NCBI RefSeq assembly: GCF_000737315.1
Contig: NZ_JMCB01000013.1
Coordinates: forward strand, 20,001 to 144,000
Origin: Hyalangium minutum
Lineage (GTDB): Bacteria > Myxococcota > Myxococcia > Myxococcales > Myxococcaceae
Direction of reading: 5' to 3'
Length of the DNA: 124,000 bases
The position numbers were made by a program, and so were the translations under genes. Shown here piece by piece: positions 79,775 to 89,788 of this stretch. Position 1 is the first letter of the stretch. Each line of letters opens with the position of its first letter. The notes under the pieces were generated by a model. That model made no database searches and was not told the origin of the DNA. It saw nothing but the letters and a program-made list of their open reading frames with translations.

Positions 79775-79830
79775 GGATGCTCCTTTAATTTTGAATAGCC
79801 GGTTAAACGGGTTTAAATCAATGAACCGCT

Positions 79831-79859
79831 TATTTGTACTTTGTTGCTAAATCTGTCAA
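79831..79859 (-). promoter_or_regulatory. sigma70-type promoter in AT-rich region
   Basis: Perfect TTGACA (79854-79859) with weak downstream TACAAATA. Confidence 0.4.
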
Positions 79860-80085
79860 CACAAGGATGAGGGGTTTTTCTAGACTCTGCTCGAAAGGAC
79901 AGACGGAGACCTGTCTGAGACAGAGAGGGAGCAGCGGAAGACACAGCAGGCGCAGCACACGAGACGCATCTAGGAGCGCGAGCCAGGATTGCTCGAGCAA
80001 CTCCGAACGTCGGGCCGGACGTTCCTGCTTGGAAGCGGGGTCCGCCCAGGCGAGGCGTGAGAGCCTCGCCCAGGCGTGGGCACTC

Positions 80086-80418
80086 TCAGGAGAGCGCTTT
80101 GGTGATGGCTGCTTCGATCTTGTGCCTCGGCACCGCACCCACGATCTGATCCACCACCTTGCCGCCCTTGAAGACGAGCAGGGTGGGGATGGAGCGGATG
80201 CCGTAGTCCTGCGGCGTCTTCTGGTTGTCGTCGATGTTCATCTTGGTGAACTTCATCTTGCCCCTGTACTCGGTCGCGAGCGCCTCGACAGACGGGGCGA
80301 TGGCGCGGCACGGGGCACACCAGGTGGCCCAGAAGTCCACGAGCACCGGCTGCTCGGACTTCAGCACCTGCTGGTCGAAGTCCTGGTCCCCAACGTTCAC
80401 AACGTCAACACCGGCCAT
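80086..80418 (-). CDS. trxA: Thioredoxin
   Basis: WCAPC active site; true start MAGVDVVNV. Confidence 0.96.
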   Translation of the reverse strand: MAGVDVVNVGDQDFDQQVLKSEQPVLVDFWATWCAPCRAIAPSVEALATEYRGKMKFTKMNIDDNQKTPQDYGIRSIPTLLVFKGGKVVDQIVGAVPRHKIEAAITKALS

Positions 80419-80616
80419 GGATGTCTCCTCTAGAAAGGCCATTCGATTGACGGGCCTTGCGGGCGCGTCCTCTAGTACGCGTCCCCTATGCCCTGCAAGG
80501 AGCAGCGGGCGTCGCTGTTCTTGATCTTTGAGATGCTGACAAGCCCCGTGGGTTTCAAGCAGGCAGACCGCACGAGAGACGGGCTGTCCGGGCGGCGCTG
80601 ATGTAAGCTGGGCCAC

Positions 80617-80988
80617 GTGATGAAGCTCTTCCTGCCCCAGACCCAACTCGAGGAGTGGGCCCTGGGGGACAAAGCGGATCTGAAGGACGGCAAGCTGGTG
80701 GTGATGGCGGAGGGGGGCGCGAGCTTCCCGGCTGTCCCCGCCGTGCACTTCGTGCAGCTCGTCACGGGTGAGGACACCCACAAGCTGGTGGCCAAGGTGA
80801 AGACCGAGGCCCAGCTCCAAAGCTTGGGGGCCGAGCAGATGGCCGACTCTGTCATCCTGGGGGAGTCCGCCTACGAAGTGGTTCCAGGGTATCTTACCGA
80901 GGTCGCCGCCGCCCCCCGTCCGGCCGACAAGAAGCCAAGCAGCGAGACGGATCTGCTGGCTGCTTTCATCCTCAACAAGATGGGCTGA
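80617..80988 (+). CDS. Conserved hypothetical protein
   Basis: Coding bias; upstream of the ccsA-hemA operon. Confidence 0.75.
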   Translation: MMKLFLPQTQLEEWALGDKADLKDGKLVVMAEGGASFPAVPAVHFVQLVTGEDTHKLVAKVKTEAQLQSLGAEQMADSVILGESAYEVVPGYLTEVAAAPRPADKKPSSETDLLAAFILNKMG

Positions 80989-81022
80989 CCGCGGGGTCGC
81001 CCGGGGTTATGTCGCTGCCGCC

Positions 81023-81829
81023 ATGAACGAAACCCTGGTCTCGCTCGCCTGCCACGCGTACGGCTTTGCCGCGCTGGTGTACCTCACCTACCTGGCGCGC
81101 TCGTGGATGGCGCTGGCTGTCGTCGGGCGTGTGCTGGTGGGGGTGGGCCTCGTCCTCCATGGCGTGGCGCTGTTCTCGCTGCTGGGCGCACAAGGTGGGA
81201 TGCCCGTCGGCGCGGCGCAAGGATTCTCCACGCTGGCATTCCTGCTGCTGCTGTTCGGGCTGGTGTTGGACTTGCGCTACCGCAAGCCAGTCATTGGCGC
81301 CTTCATCACTCCGCTGGCGGTGACGGCGCTGGTGCCGGGGGTGCTGCTGCGGACGGGCCAGCCGCCGCTGACTCCCGCGCTGCGCCAGCCTTTGCTGCCG
81401 CTGCACATCACCCTTGCATTGGTGGGGATGGCGGCGTTCGCCGTGGCTGCAGGCGTGGGCGTCATGTACCTGCTCATGGAGCGAGAGGTGAGAGGCAAGC
81501 AGTTTGGCCTGTTGTTCTCCCGGCTGCCCTCGCTCGAGTTCCTGGACACGCTCAACAACCGGCTGGTGGTGGCGGGCTTCATCGCGCTGTCCATCACGCT
81601 GGCCACGGGGGCGTTCTTCGTCGCGGGCTCCAGCCAGGGGTTCACGTGGATGATGGATGCGAAGGTGCTGGCCACGCTGGTGGCGTGGGGGCTCTTCGCG
81701 GGGCTGGCGGGCGCGCGCGTGCTGGTGGGTTGGCGCGGGAGGCGCGTGGCGCTGCTGACGATGGCAGGCTTCGCGCTGGTGCTCGTGTCCTTCCTCTCCT
81801 CGTATGACTTCACCGGGGGGATGCGCTAG
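81023..81829 (+). CDS. ccsA: Cytochrome c assembly protein (CcsA/YpjD family)
   Basis: Eight TMs, LPLHI, LPSLEFLD, TLATGAF...K. Confidence 0.85.
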   Translation: MNETLVSLACHAYGFAALVYLTYLARSWMALAVVGRVLVGVGLVLHGVALFSLLGAQGGMPVGAAQGFSTLAFLLLLFGLVLDLRYRKPVIGAFITPLAVTALVPGVLLRTGQPPLTPALRQPLLPLHITLALVGMAAFAVAAGVGVMYLLMEREVRGKQFGLLFSRLPSLEFLDTLNNRLVVAGFIALSITLATGAFFVAGSSQGFTWMMDAKVLATLVAWGLFAGLAGARVLVGWRGRRVALLTMAGFALVLVSFLSSYDFTGGMR

Positions 81830-81831
81830 CC

Positions 81832-83157
81832 ATGGAGCTCATCTGCATTGGGCTGTCGCACCAGACCGCTCCCCAGGATGTGCGCGGACGGCTCGCACTG
81901 GAGAAGCAGGGCCAGATGGAGCTGCTCCAGCGCCTGGCGCAGGCCCCCACCGAGGCCTTGCTCATCTCCACCTGCAACCGGGTGGAGCTCTATGTGATGT
82001 CTCCGGACACGGCCCAGTCGGCCCACCGCGCCCGGGAGGAGCTGAGCCGCGTGGGCGGGGCCGAGACGCTGTCCCACCTCTATGAGCACCATGGGGCCGG
82101 TGCGCTGGAGCACCTGTTCCGCGTGGCCTCCAGCCTGGAGTCCATGGTGCTGGGCGAGGCGCAGATCCTCGGTCAGGTGAAGGAGTCCTTCGAACTGGGG
82201 CAGAGCGTCGGCGCGGTGCGCGGCGGGCTCACGCGCGTGTGCGCGGCGGCGTTCACCTGCGCCAAGCGCGCGCGCAACGAGACGGCGATTGGCCGCGCGG
82301 CCACCTCCATGGCCTCGGCGGCGGTGGCGCTGGCCACCAAGGTGTTCGATCAGCTGTCGGACAAGACGGCGGTGGTGATCGGCGCGGGCGAGATGGGCGA
82401 GCTGGCGGCGAAGCACCTGAAGCAGGCGAAGATCGGTCGGCTCATCATCACCAACCGGACGCTGGCCCGCGCGCAGGCGCTGGCGGAGAAGCTGGAGGGT
82501 GCGACGGCCCGTCCCCTCGAGGACCTGAGCGCGCTTCTGAAAGAGGCGGATGTGGTGGTGTGCGTGACGGGCGCTCAGGAGCCGCTGCTGACGAAGGAGA
82601 ACGTGGGCGCGGTGGGCCGGGCGCGCCGGTTCCGGCCGCTGTTCCTGGTGGACCTGTCAGTGCCTCGGAACATCGCGCCCGAGGTCTCCGAGCTGGACTG
82701 GGTGACGTCCTTCAACGTGGATGACATCCAGAAGTTCGTCGAGAAGAACGCGGCCGCGCGAGCCGAGGGCGCGCAGCAGGCCGGCGTCATCGTCATCCAG
82801 GAGGTGTCGCGCTTCATCCAGGACCGGGCGGTGCGCGAGGGCGTGCCGGTGCTGGCGCGGCTGCGGCAGCGGGCCGAGCAGATCGCCAAGGCCGAGGTGG
82901 AGAAGACACTGGCGGCGATGGGCGATGGGCTCACCGAGAAGCAGCGCAAGAGCATCGAGGCCATGGGCCGCGCCATCGTCAACAAGCTGCTGCACGAGCC
83001 CACCGCGAAGCTGCGCGCCGTGGGGCCCGAGAAGGAAGACAGCCACCGGCTCGCGGGCGCCGCGGCCGAGCTGTTCGGGCTGATCGATGAGCCCGCTCCG
83101 AATCCCTCGGAGCCCGAGGGACCCACGGCCGCCGTGGCCCATGGAGGCAAGCGATGA
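81832..83157 (+). CDS. hemA: Glutamyl-tRNA reductase
   Basis: [23 protein letters not shown]. Confidence 0.96.
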   Translation: MELICIGLSHQTAPQDVRGRLALEKQGQMELLQRLAQAPTEALLISTCNRVELYVMSPDTAQSAHRAREELSRVGGAETLSHLYEHHGAGALEHLFRVASSLESMVLGEAQILGQVKESFELGQSVGAVRGGLTRVCAAAFTCAKRARNETAIGRAATSMASAAVALATKVFDQLSDKTAVVIGAGEMGELAAKHLKQAKIGRLIITNRTLARAQALAEKLEGATARPLEDLSALLKEADVVVCVTGAQEPLLTKENVGAVGRARRFRPLFLVDLSVPRNIAPEVSELDWVTSFNVDDIQKFVEKNAAARAEGAQQAGVIVIQEVSRFIQDRAVREGVPVLARLRQRAEQIAKAEVEKTLAAMGDGLTEKQRKSIEAMGRAIVNKLLHEPTAKLRAVGPEKEDSHRLAGAAAELFGLIDEPAPNPSEPEGPTAAVAHGGKR

Positions 83158-84098
83158 CCCGCGCGGTGCGGATTGCTACCCGTCAGAGCCCGCTCGCACT
83201 GTGGCAGGCCCGCCACGTGGCGGCGCTGCTCAGGTCCCACCACACAGGGCTCGAGGTGTCCCTGGTGGAGATGACTACAGAGGGCGACCGGTTCCTCTCG
83301 GCGCCGCTGTCCGCCGTGGGCGGCAAGGGCCTGTTCGTGAAGGAGATCGAGCAGTGCTTGATCGATGGGCGCGCGGACATCGCCGTGCACAGCCTCAAGG
83401 ACATGACGTCCGTGCTGCCCGAGGGCCTGATGCTCGCGGCGGTGCCGGTGCGCGAGGACCCGCGCGACGCGTTCTGCAGCCCCACGGGGCTCACGCTGGA
83501 CACGCTGCCCCAGGGCGCGAAGGTGGGGACCTCCTCGCTGCGCCGCAGTTGCATCCTGCGCTCGCGGCGGCCGGATCTGGAGATCGTCAGCCTGCGCGGC
83601 AACGTGCAGACGCGGCTGCAGAAGACGAGAGAGATGGGGCTGGCGGGCGCGATGCTGGCCAGCGCGGGGCTCCGCCGTCTGGGCCTGGAGAAGGAGATCA
83701 CCGAGGTGGTGCCGACCGAGGTGAGTCTGCCGGCGGTGGGGCAGGGCGTGCTGGCGATCCAGTGCCGCACGAACGATGCAGAGGTCCGGGCGCTGCTCGC
83801 GCCGCTGGAGGATGCGGTGACGCGCATCGCCGTGACAGCCGAGCGGGCGCTCCTGGCGAAGCTGGAGGGTGGCTGCACGGTGCCGATGGCGGGCCACGCC
83901 ACGGTGAAGGCCGGCGAGGTGCACCTGCGCGGCTTCGTGGGGCGTCCGGACGGCTCGAGGGTGGTGGCCGGCGAGGTCCGCGGCCCGGTGAGCAACGCCC
84001 ACGCGCTGGGGGATGCGCTCGCGGATGAACTGCTCTCGCGCGGCGCCCAGGAGATCCTCCGCGACTTTGGGCGTACCGGGTTTGTTCCGAACTCCTGA
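83154..84098 (+). CDS. hemC: Hydroxymethylbilane synthase
   Basis: [30 protein letters not shown]. Confidence 0.97.
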   Translation: MTRAVRIATRQSPLALWQARHVAALLRSHHTGLEVSLVEMTTEGDRFLSAPLSAVGGKGLFVKEIEQCLIDGRADIAVHSLKDMTSVLPEGLMLAAVPVREDPRDAFCSPTGLTLDTLPQGAKVGTSSLRRSCILRSRRPDLEIVSLRGNVQTRLQKTREMGLAGAMLASAGLRRLGLEKEITEVVPTEVSLPAVGQGVLAIQCRTNDAEVRALLAPLEDAVTRIAVTAERALLAKLEGGCTVPMAGHATVKAGEVHLRGFVGRPDGSRVVAGEVRGPVSNAHALGDALADELLSRGAQEILRDFGRTGFVPNS

Positions 84099-84212
84099 GG
84101 AGGCAGAGCCTCAGAACCAGAGAGCGGCTGCCTCCACTTGAGTGGAACCGGTGAGCGGCTACTTGGGGCGCGGCTATCATGCCCGGCAGGATGGCGCCTG
84201 TGGGAGGGCCTC

Positions 84213-84454
84213 ATGAGATGGAAGCCGGTGGTCTGCGCGGTGTGGCTGGTGGGGTAACAGGGTGCCCTCATTCCTTCGGGCGTGGGGGAACCATTGAGCG
84301 CGCCGCAGCCAAAGACACCCGGGAAACCTACGGCCCGCAGTTCCCCCCGTGTACGGAGGAAGTGCGAAAACAACTCTGCCCTATGGGCCAAGACCCCAGC
84401 GCCAAATGCCTGCAGGTGTGTGGCGAAGAACTGGATGAGGGAGAGGACTGGTGA
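84213..84454 (+). pseudogene. Frameshifted small Cys-rich lipoprotein
   Basis: RBS plus ATG 84213 MRWKPVVCAVWLVG*; one extra G in run 84251-84254 restores VTGC lipobox and an 80-aa ORF whose stop overlaps the next GTG. Confidence 0.65.
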
Positions 84455-85350
84455 AGTGGCGTGGCGTGCTTGTAGCCGGGCTGGGAGGAGCCTTGGTGCT
84501 CCCCCTCGCTTGGCTCGTGTGGGTCGCGCTGTATGCGGCGCCCCAACTTCCAGGCCCTGCCATGGTGAAGCTCGGCCCGGTGCTCACCCACGAGCAGCGC
84601 AGGAGCTTGCGCACATACCACCGTGGCTGCCGCACCACGGCAGACTGCGATCCGCCGCTGGGGTGTCTCGACGACTTACGCTACTTGCGGCGCTTCTGCA
84701 CCGACAGCGAGTGCATGACGGATGGGCAGTGCCCTGAAGGTCATGTCTGCCGTGTCGTGCAGACAGCGAAGGGGCCCTGGCTCAAGCAATGTGTCTTGCT
84801 GGGCGTCCGAGGGGAAGGGGAGCGGTGCTACCAAACACCCCCGCGGACTGTGCAGGCGTGCCGTGACGGGTTGCTGTGCGCGGGAGATGGATGGTGCGGG
84901 CGGCCGTGCCGCCCAGAGCAGGCCGCCAGTTGCCCCGAGGGCTTCTTTTGCGCAGACATAGAGCCGGAGCCCGCATGCTTGCCCACATGCGAGGAGCGGG
85001 GATGTCCGGAGGGGCAGGAGTGCATGCGCGGCAGCCAGGAAGACATTGCCTCCACCTGCGCGGTGGTGCATGGCCACAACTGCCAGAAGAGTTCGTGTCC
85101 TGAGGGCTTCTGGTGCGAGGACTTCCTCATCCCTGCGCGTCCCGGAGAGGCTTGGGTGCGCTGTGCCCAGAGCTGCTTGGAGCCGGATTCGCCTCCGTGC
85201 CCGTCTGGCGAGGTGTGTTCCCTCATCTCCTGTGAGCGTCTTTGCTCCCCGGAGCAGACCGGCGCATGCGGCGAGGGCTTCCACTGCATCCAGGTGCAGG
85301 AGGACGGGCCCTGGCTCTGCAAGCCGGAGTGGTACCGCCCACGCGAGTAG
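84451..85350 (+). CDS. Membrane-anchored Cys-rich repeat protein
   Basis: N-terminal TM; repeated CPxGxxC units. Confidence 0.75.
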   Translation: MKWRGVLVAGLGGALVLPLAWLVWVALYAAPQLPGPAMVKLGPVLTHEQRRSLRTYHRGCRTTADCDPPLGCLDDLRYLRRFCTDSECMTDGQCPEGHVCRVVQTAKGPWLKQCVLLGVRGEGERCYQTPPRTVQACRDGLLCAGDGWCGRPCRPEQAASCPEGFFCADIEPEPACLPTCEERGCPEGQECMRGSQEDIASTCAVVHGHNCQKSSCPEGFWCEDFLIPARPGEAWVRCAQSCLEPDSPPCPSGEVCSLISCERLCSPEQTGACGEGFHCIQVQEDGPWLCKPEWYRPRE

Positions 85351-85454
85351 TTTCAGGTGAGCGGTGGAACAACCTAGGGGGTGAGGGGATGCACACCCGC
85401 CTCAGGAGGGAGGCGGACGTCTGACGTTCCGTGTAGAGTGAGAGACTCGGGAGG

Positions 85455-86435
85455 TTGTCCGTGTCTCTGTGGCCCGTCCGCGCCGTGCTGGTGCTCGTCC
85501 TGCTGTGGGGGTGGCCTTCACAGGCGCAACCCCGCTCCGAAGAACCTCCGCAGTCCCCGCGGCAGCTGGAGCTTCCGCCGCTTCGGGGCGTTGCCGCTGT
85601 GAATGTGGCACCGGGCATGCCCACGACGCTCCTGTTCAACGCGCCGCTGGACCGGAGCGCGGTGGAGCGCGCGGCCCATGAGCTGGGCCTGGCCCGGGTG
85701 GCCGTGGCGGAGGACACGCTGACGGTGGTGCCCGCTATGGGGGCGCAGGCAGGCACACGGCTGCGGCTGCCGGTGCGGTTCGCGGAAGGCTCCACGCAGG
85801 AGGGCGAGGTCGTGGTGTTCGTCGTGGATCCGCTGAACGCGGAGGCGCACGTGGAGGTGACGCGTCGCATGCGCACCGTCCCCGCCCTGGAAGAGGCGCT
85901 GGCCGCCGAGCGTGCGCGGTCCGCCTCGCAGGCGGCGGAGCTGGCCGCCAGGGACGTGCAGGTGGCGGAGTTGCACGCCGCCCAGGGAGATCTGGCGGGG
86001 CTGATCGAGGCTGGCACTCTGGGGCCGGAAGGCATCTCCGTCCAGCAAGTGCAGACTGACGGTTGGTACCTCGCTCCTGGCTTCCGTGCAGGGACCGCTC
86101 AGCTCTATGTGACCGCCGGGCGCAGGGCCCTGGTCGCGGAGCTCCACCTCCTTGCGGGTGAACGCCCGTGGGCGCCCGCAGGGGCCACGCTGCAACCTGT
86201 GTCGGCTGGAACGCTGGAACGCTGGAACGCACGAGTGGTGCGGCTATTGGGAACAGACGTGATCACGCCCGGTGGCCGAGCCCTCCTCGTGGTGGAGTTT
86301 GAGGTGCCCGTGGGTGGCTTGGCGCAGGAGTACCGGATGACGGTGCGGGAACAAGAGGGGCTGCGGGCGTTCGTGCTTCGGGTTCGCGAGAGCCCGCCTG
86401 GGCGCAGGGGGGAAGCCAGAGGAGGCAGGCCATGA
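85455..86435 (+). CDS. DUF2381 family protein (myxobacterial paralogous family TIGR02268)
   Basis: Signal peptide; VAPGMPTTLLFNAPL; coiled coil; coupled to a Ser/Thr kinase. Confidence 0.8.
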   Translation: MSVSLWPVRAVLVLVLLWGWPSQAQPRSEEPPQSPRQLELPPLRGVAAVNVAPGMPTTLLFNAPLDRSAVERAAHELGLARVAVAEDTLTVVPAMGAQAGTRLRLPVRFAEGSTQEGEVVVFVVDPLNAEAHVEVTRRMRTVPALEEALAAERARSASQAAELAARDVQVAELHAAQGDLAGLIEAGTLGPEGISVQQVQTDGWYLAPGFRAGTAQLYVTAGRRALVAELHLLAGERPWAPAGATLQPVSAGTLERWNARVVRLLGTDVITPGGRALLVVEFEVPVGGLAQEYRMTVREQEGLRAFVLRVRESPPGRRGEARGGRP

Positions 86436-88405
86436 GTCAACACAGGCGGCTCCCTTCGGCGGACGCCGAAGAGGTCCCGGTCCCAGCCGAGCTGCTGCAG
86501 GGAACAGAGGTGAACGGCTTCCGGCTCGTGCGGTATCTGGACCAAGGGGGCTATGGGTGTGTGTGGGTGGCGGAAAACATTCACTGTCCTGGCCAGTACT
86601 GCGCGCTGAAGTTCTGCCTGCACTCACCCGAGGAGGACCCGACGGCGGACGCCCGGGCGCTGCGCGAGGTCCAGTTGCTGCTCCAGGCAGCGCACCCCAA
86701 CGTGCGCGGAGTTCTGGGCCATGGGCGGTGGCCCAACGCGAAGACGGGCATCGTCTACATCATCCTGGAGTGGGTGGAGGGGGCCACGTTGCTGGAGTGG
86801 GCACGCCAGGCCAATCCCTCCTTCCGTCAGGTGGTGCACCTGGCTCAGAAACTCGCGCGGGCGCTCCAAGAGGCCCATGAGCGGCAGGTCATGCACCGCG
86901 ACGTGAAGCCGGACAACGTGCTGGTGCGAGCGGTGGACGGGGAGCCCTTCCTGTCGGACTTCGGGATGGGGCAGACTGAGCGCAGCACCCCGCTCACCTG
87001 GGGCGGAGCCCCCCCTGGCACCCGGAGTTACCTCAGCCCCGAGGCGCTGGCGTTCTCGCCGCGTTGGGGGAAGCGCACCTACCGCTTCCGGCCCGCGGAT
87101 GACTGGTACGCGCTGGGGGTGACGCTCTATCAACTGCTCACGGAGGTGCTTCCGTTTCCGGACGAGGGCATGGGCAGGGAGTCGGTGCGGGGGATGGCGC
87201 TGCGGCAACCCGTTCCTCCGCACCTGCTCAATCCCCGGGTGCCCCTGCCGCTGAGCCGGGTGGTGATGCGGATGCTGAGCAGCCGCCTCCAAGGGCGCTA
87301 CCGCGATGGGAGGGCACTGTGTGAGGCCCTGGAGAGGGGACTTTCAGGGGCGGGTGTCTGGGATACGCCTGTGTATGAGCCCCACCCGCCCCAGCAACAG
87401 GGACAGACACCGACGCAGGAACCCACCCCAGGGGATGGCCCCCCTGCACAAGATGAAGAGGTGGCCTGGAATCACGCCGTCAAGCCGCAGCACGCACTGG
87501 AGGAGCAGCGGCGGGCCGTTGTGCTCAGCCGGCGCGACGCACTGCTGCCACGCCAGGCCAGAGCCTGGGGCCGGGTGGCACGATGGAGCCGGAGGACCCT
87601 GGCGCTGGTGGCGGTGGCCATGATGGCCTGGGTTGCATGGCGCTCGGCAGGGGCTCTGTTCCCTGGCGCCGGGAGCACCCCCGAGCAGGCCCCCCGCTCA
87701 GCTTTGGCTGCCCGGGAAGCGCCTTTTCTTTCACCTGCGGACGAACCGGCCCCAGAGTTTGTTGCGGTATTTCCCTCTCAACCCAGCCTGACGCCTGTCA
87801 CCGCCCGTGCTGAGAAAACTTTGAAGGACGACAGCCCCATGGAGACACCCAAGAGTTCATTGCCGAGCCCGCCTGCTGCCACTTCCCCACGTCCGCGCGG
87901 CGCTGGGGGCGCCCGGAAGGCGGCCTTGTGCGCTGCGGGTGTGATCGCCACGGGCTGCTCAGGCATCCCGTTGCGGCCGTCGGCTCAGGAGTGTCCGCCC
88001 GCAGCCATTCAGAACATGCGGGCGCGGCGCATCGGGGTGAAGCGAGGCATGCAGATCAAACTGGATGTGACCGGTCCTGAGGGAGAAGTCCAACTCAAGG
88101 CGGGACAGAAGGTGGTGAGCGAATCGCGAGACAACACAGGTTTCATAGGTCCCGGTGGGGTTCCCGAGGACGGCACCCTCCTGTACGGCAAGGTGGTCGC
88201 AGGGGGAGAGGGGCTTTTCTTCGTCCGCTATGAGGAGGCGCTCTTTCCGGGCGAATCAGAGAAGGTCCCTATCTGCGCTCACGCCGCTGATGCAGGCACT
88301 AACTGGTATGCGCTCACAGCGGAGCCCGGCTCGACGAACGAGATCTTCACCACCTTGAATAACAGCACCGCCATCTTCTTGCTCCAGTTTCCCGGCGAGC
88401 CGTGA
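86432..88405 (+). CDS. Membrane Ser/Thr protein kinase
   Basis: QGGYG, ALK, HRDVKPDN, DFG, SPE; TM; C-terminal extracytoplasmic domain. Confidence 0.92.
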   Translation: MSQHRRLPSADAEEVPVPAELLQGTEVNGFRLVRYLDQGGYGCVWVAENIHCPGQYCALKFCLHSPEEDPTADARALREVQLLLQAAHPNVRGVLGHGRWPNAKTGIVYIILEWVEGATLLEWARQANPSFRQVVHLAQKLARALQEAHERQVMHRDVKPDNVLVRAVDGEPFLSDFGMGQTERSTPLTWGGAPPGTRSYLSPEALAFSPRWGKRTYRFRPADDWYALGVTLYQLLTEVLPFPDEGMGRESVRGMALRQPVPPHLLNPRVPLPLSRVVMRMLSSRLQGRYRDGRALCEALERGLSGAGVWDTPVYEPHPPQQQGQTPTQEPTPGDGPPAQDEEVAWNHAVKPQHALEEQRRAVVLSRRDALLPRQARAWGRVARWSRRTLALVAVAMMAWVAWRSAGALFPGAGSTPEQAPRSALAAREAPFLSPADEPAPEFVAVFPSQPSLTPVTARAEKTLKDDSPMETPKSSLPSPPAATSPRPRGAGGARKAALCAAGVIATGCSGIPLRPSAQECPPAAIQNMRARRIGVKRGMQIKLDVTGPEGEVQLKAGQKVVSESRDNTGFIGPGGVPEDGTLLYGKVVAGGEGLFFVRYEEALFPGESEKVPICAHAADAGTNWYALTAEPGSTNEIFTTLNNSTAIFLLQFPGEP

Positions 88406-88576
88406 AGCCCCCGCGCGTCGCCTGCAGCCCAATCTCCCCACTCACAGGGTATGGCGGCTGGCGGCTTTTTCATGTTACTCTCTGGGTATGAAGACGCGGC
88501 AGAACCCCTGAAGTCGTCTTCATGTTGGCCCTCACCCCATGGCCCAGCCGCCGTGGACCTTCCCAGGAGTGCATGC

Positions 88577-89704
88577 ATGCCCACTCGAGCTGCCACCTAT
88601 TCCCTGTCTCCGGAAGCCCCTCGCTTCACCGTGGGCTCGCGTACCTACGCCGCCGTTCGCAGCCTGGGGCCGTACGGCGTGGGGGAGCGCTTCCTCGCGC
88701 GCCCCGTGGACGCTGGGGAGCCGGGAGCGCTGGTGCTGATCCAACGGCTGCATGCCACACCCAGCGAGGGAGATCGCCGGCGGCTGCTGGAGGAAGCGCG
88801 GCTGCTGCGTCTGTTGAATCACCCCAGCATTCCGCGCGTGCTCGCGGTGGCGCCGGGCGCGCAGCGTCCGTGGGTGGCGCTGGAGTATGTGGAGGGCATG
88901 TCCCTGGAGCGGGTATTGAACCGGGCCGTCGTGAGGCGCCAGCCGATGTCGGCGCCGTTCGCGGCCTCTGTCGTCGCCCAGGTGGCGGATGCGCTCCACG
89001 CCGCGCATGGGCTGGAGGATGAGCGCGGGCAGTTGCTCCACCTCGTTCACCGGGACGTCTGTCCGCGCCATATCTTTCTGACCCGCGATGGAGAGGTTCA
89101 GCTCACCGCCTTTGGCGCGGCGTTCACCACGCGTCCAGGGCGTCCTGCCACGCCGGGCCTGCTCGTGAAGGGGACCGGGGAGTACTCGGCGCCCGAGGTC
89201 CTGGTGCACCGGGTGCCGGACGCCCGCGCGGACATCTTCTCCCTGGGGCTCATCTTGCTGGAGCTGCTCAGCAACCGCTATCTGCTGGATCCTTCGGATG
89301 AGGGCGTGCCGCGCGCCCTGCCCGGTCACCTGGCGAAGCTGGAGAACAGACTCCGGGCCGAGGATCCGGGCTGGGCGCCGCCCGCGCACCTGGCGGCCCG
89401 TGCCGAGCACTTGCGGCCAGAGGACGTGGAGCGTGTGACTGCCGGGGCGCCTGCCGCACTGCGCGCCGTGGTGCTCCGGGCCCTGCGGCTCCAGCCGGAG
89501 GAGCGGTACGCTTCCGCCTTGACCCTGCGGGATGAGCTGCACGGCTTCCTCGCGCAGCAGGCCCAGCCCTACGGCAAAGAGGAGCGGCTGGCGGAACTGC
89601 AGAGGCGGATCTCCACACGGGGGTATCGCCGGGAAGGCGTGGAGACGAGCCAGGAGCCGGTGCCTGCAGAGTTCCGGCGCCCCCGCGCTGGAATGGAGGG
89701 CTGA
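88577..89704 (+). CDS. Ser/Thr kinase-like pseudokinase
   Basis: Kinase fold with VAIK Lys replaced (LIQR), HRDVCPRH, and DFG changed to AFG; AGGAG RBS before ATG 88577. Confidence 0.8.
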   Translation: MPTRAATYSLSPEAPRFTVGSRTYAAVRSLGPYGVGERFLARPVDAGEPGALVLIQRLHATPSEGDRRRLLEEARLLRLLNHPSIPRVLAVAPGAQRPWVALEYVEGMSLERVLNRAVVRRQPMSAPFAASVVAQVADALHAAHGLEDERGQLLHLVHRDVCPRHIFLTRDGEVQLTAFGAAFTTRPGRPATPGLLVKGTGEYSAPEVLVHRVPDARADIFSLGLILLELLSNRYLLDPSDEGVPRALPGHLAKLENRLRAEDPGWAPPAHLAARAEHLRPEDVERVTAGAPAALRAVVLRALRLQPEERYASALTLRDELHGFLAQQAQPYGKEERLAELQRRISTRGYRREGVETSQEPVPAEFRRPRAGMEG

Positions 89705-89788
89705 CAGCCCCCATCGCTTGTGGGTGGGCAACTCCCCACCCATGTCGATGCGCCGTTTGGCAGCGACACCTGCGGCGCGGCTGGGCGC

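Noticed and set aside
80419-80820. Long N-terminal extension on thioredoxin in the ORF track
   Set aside because: Overlaps the divergent gene at 80617; the thioredoxin fold starts at 80418.
84099-84180. att-like or target-site duplication at the island ends
   Set aside because: No convincing direct repeat between the hemC-side and hemD-side junctions; only a GC hairpin.
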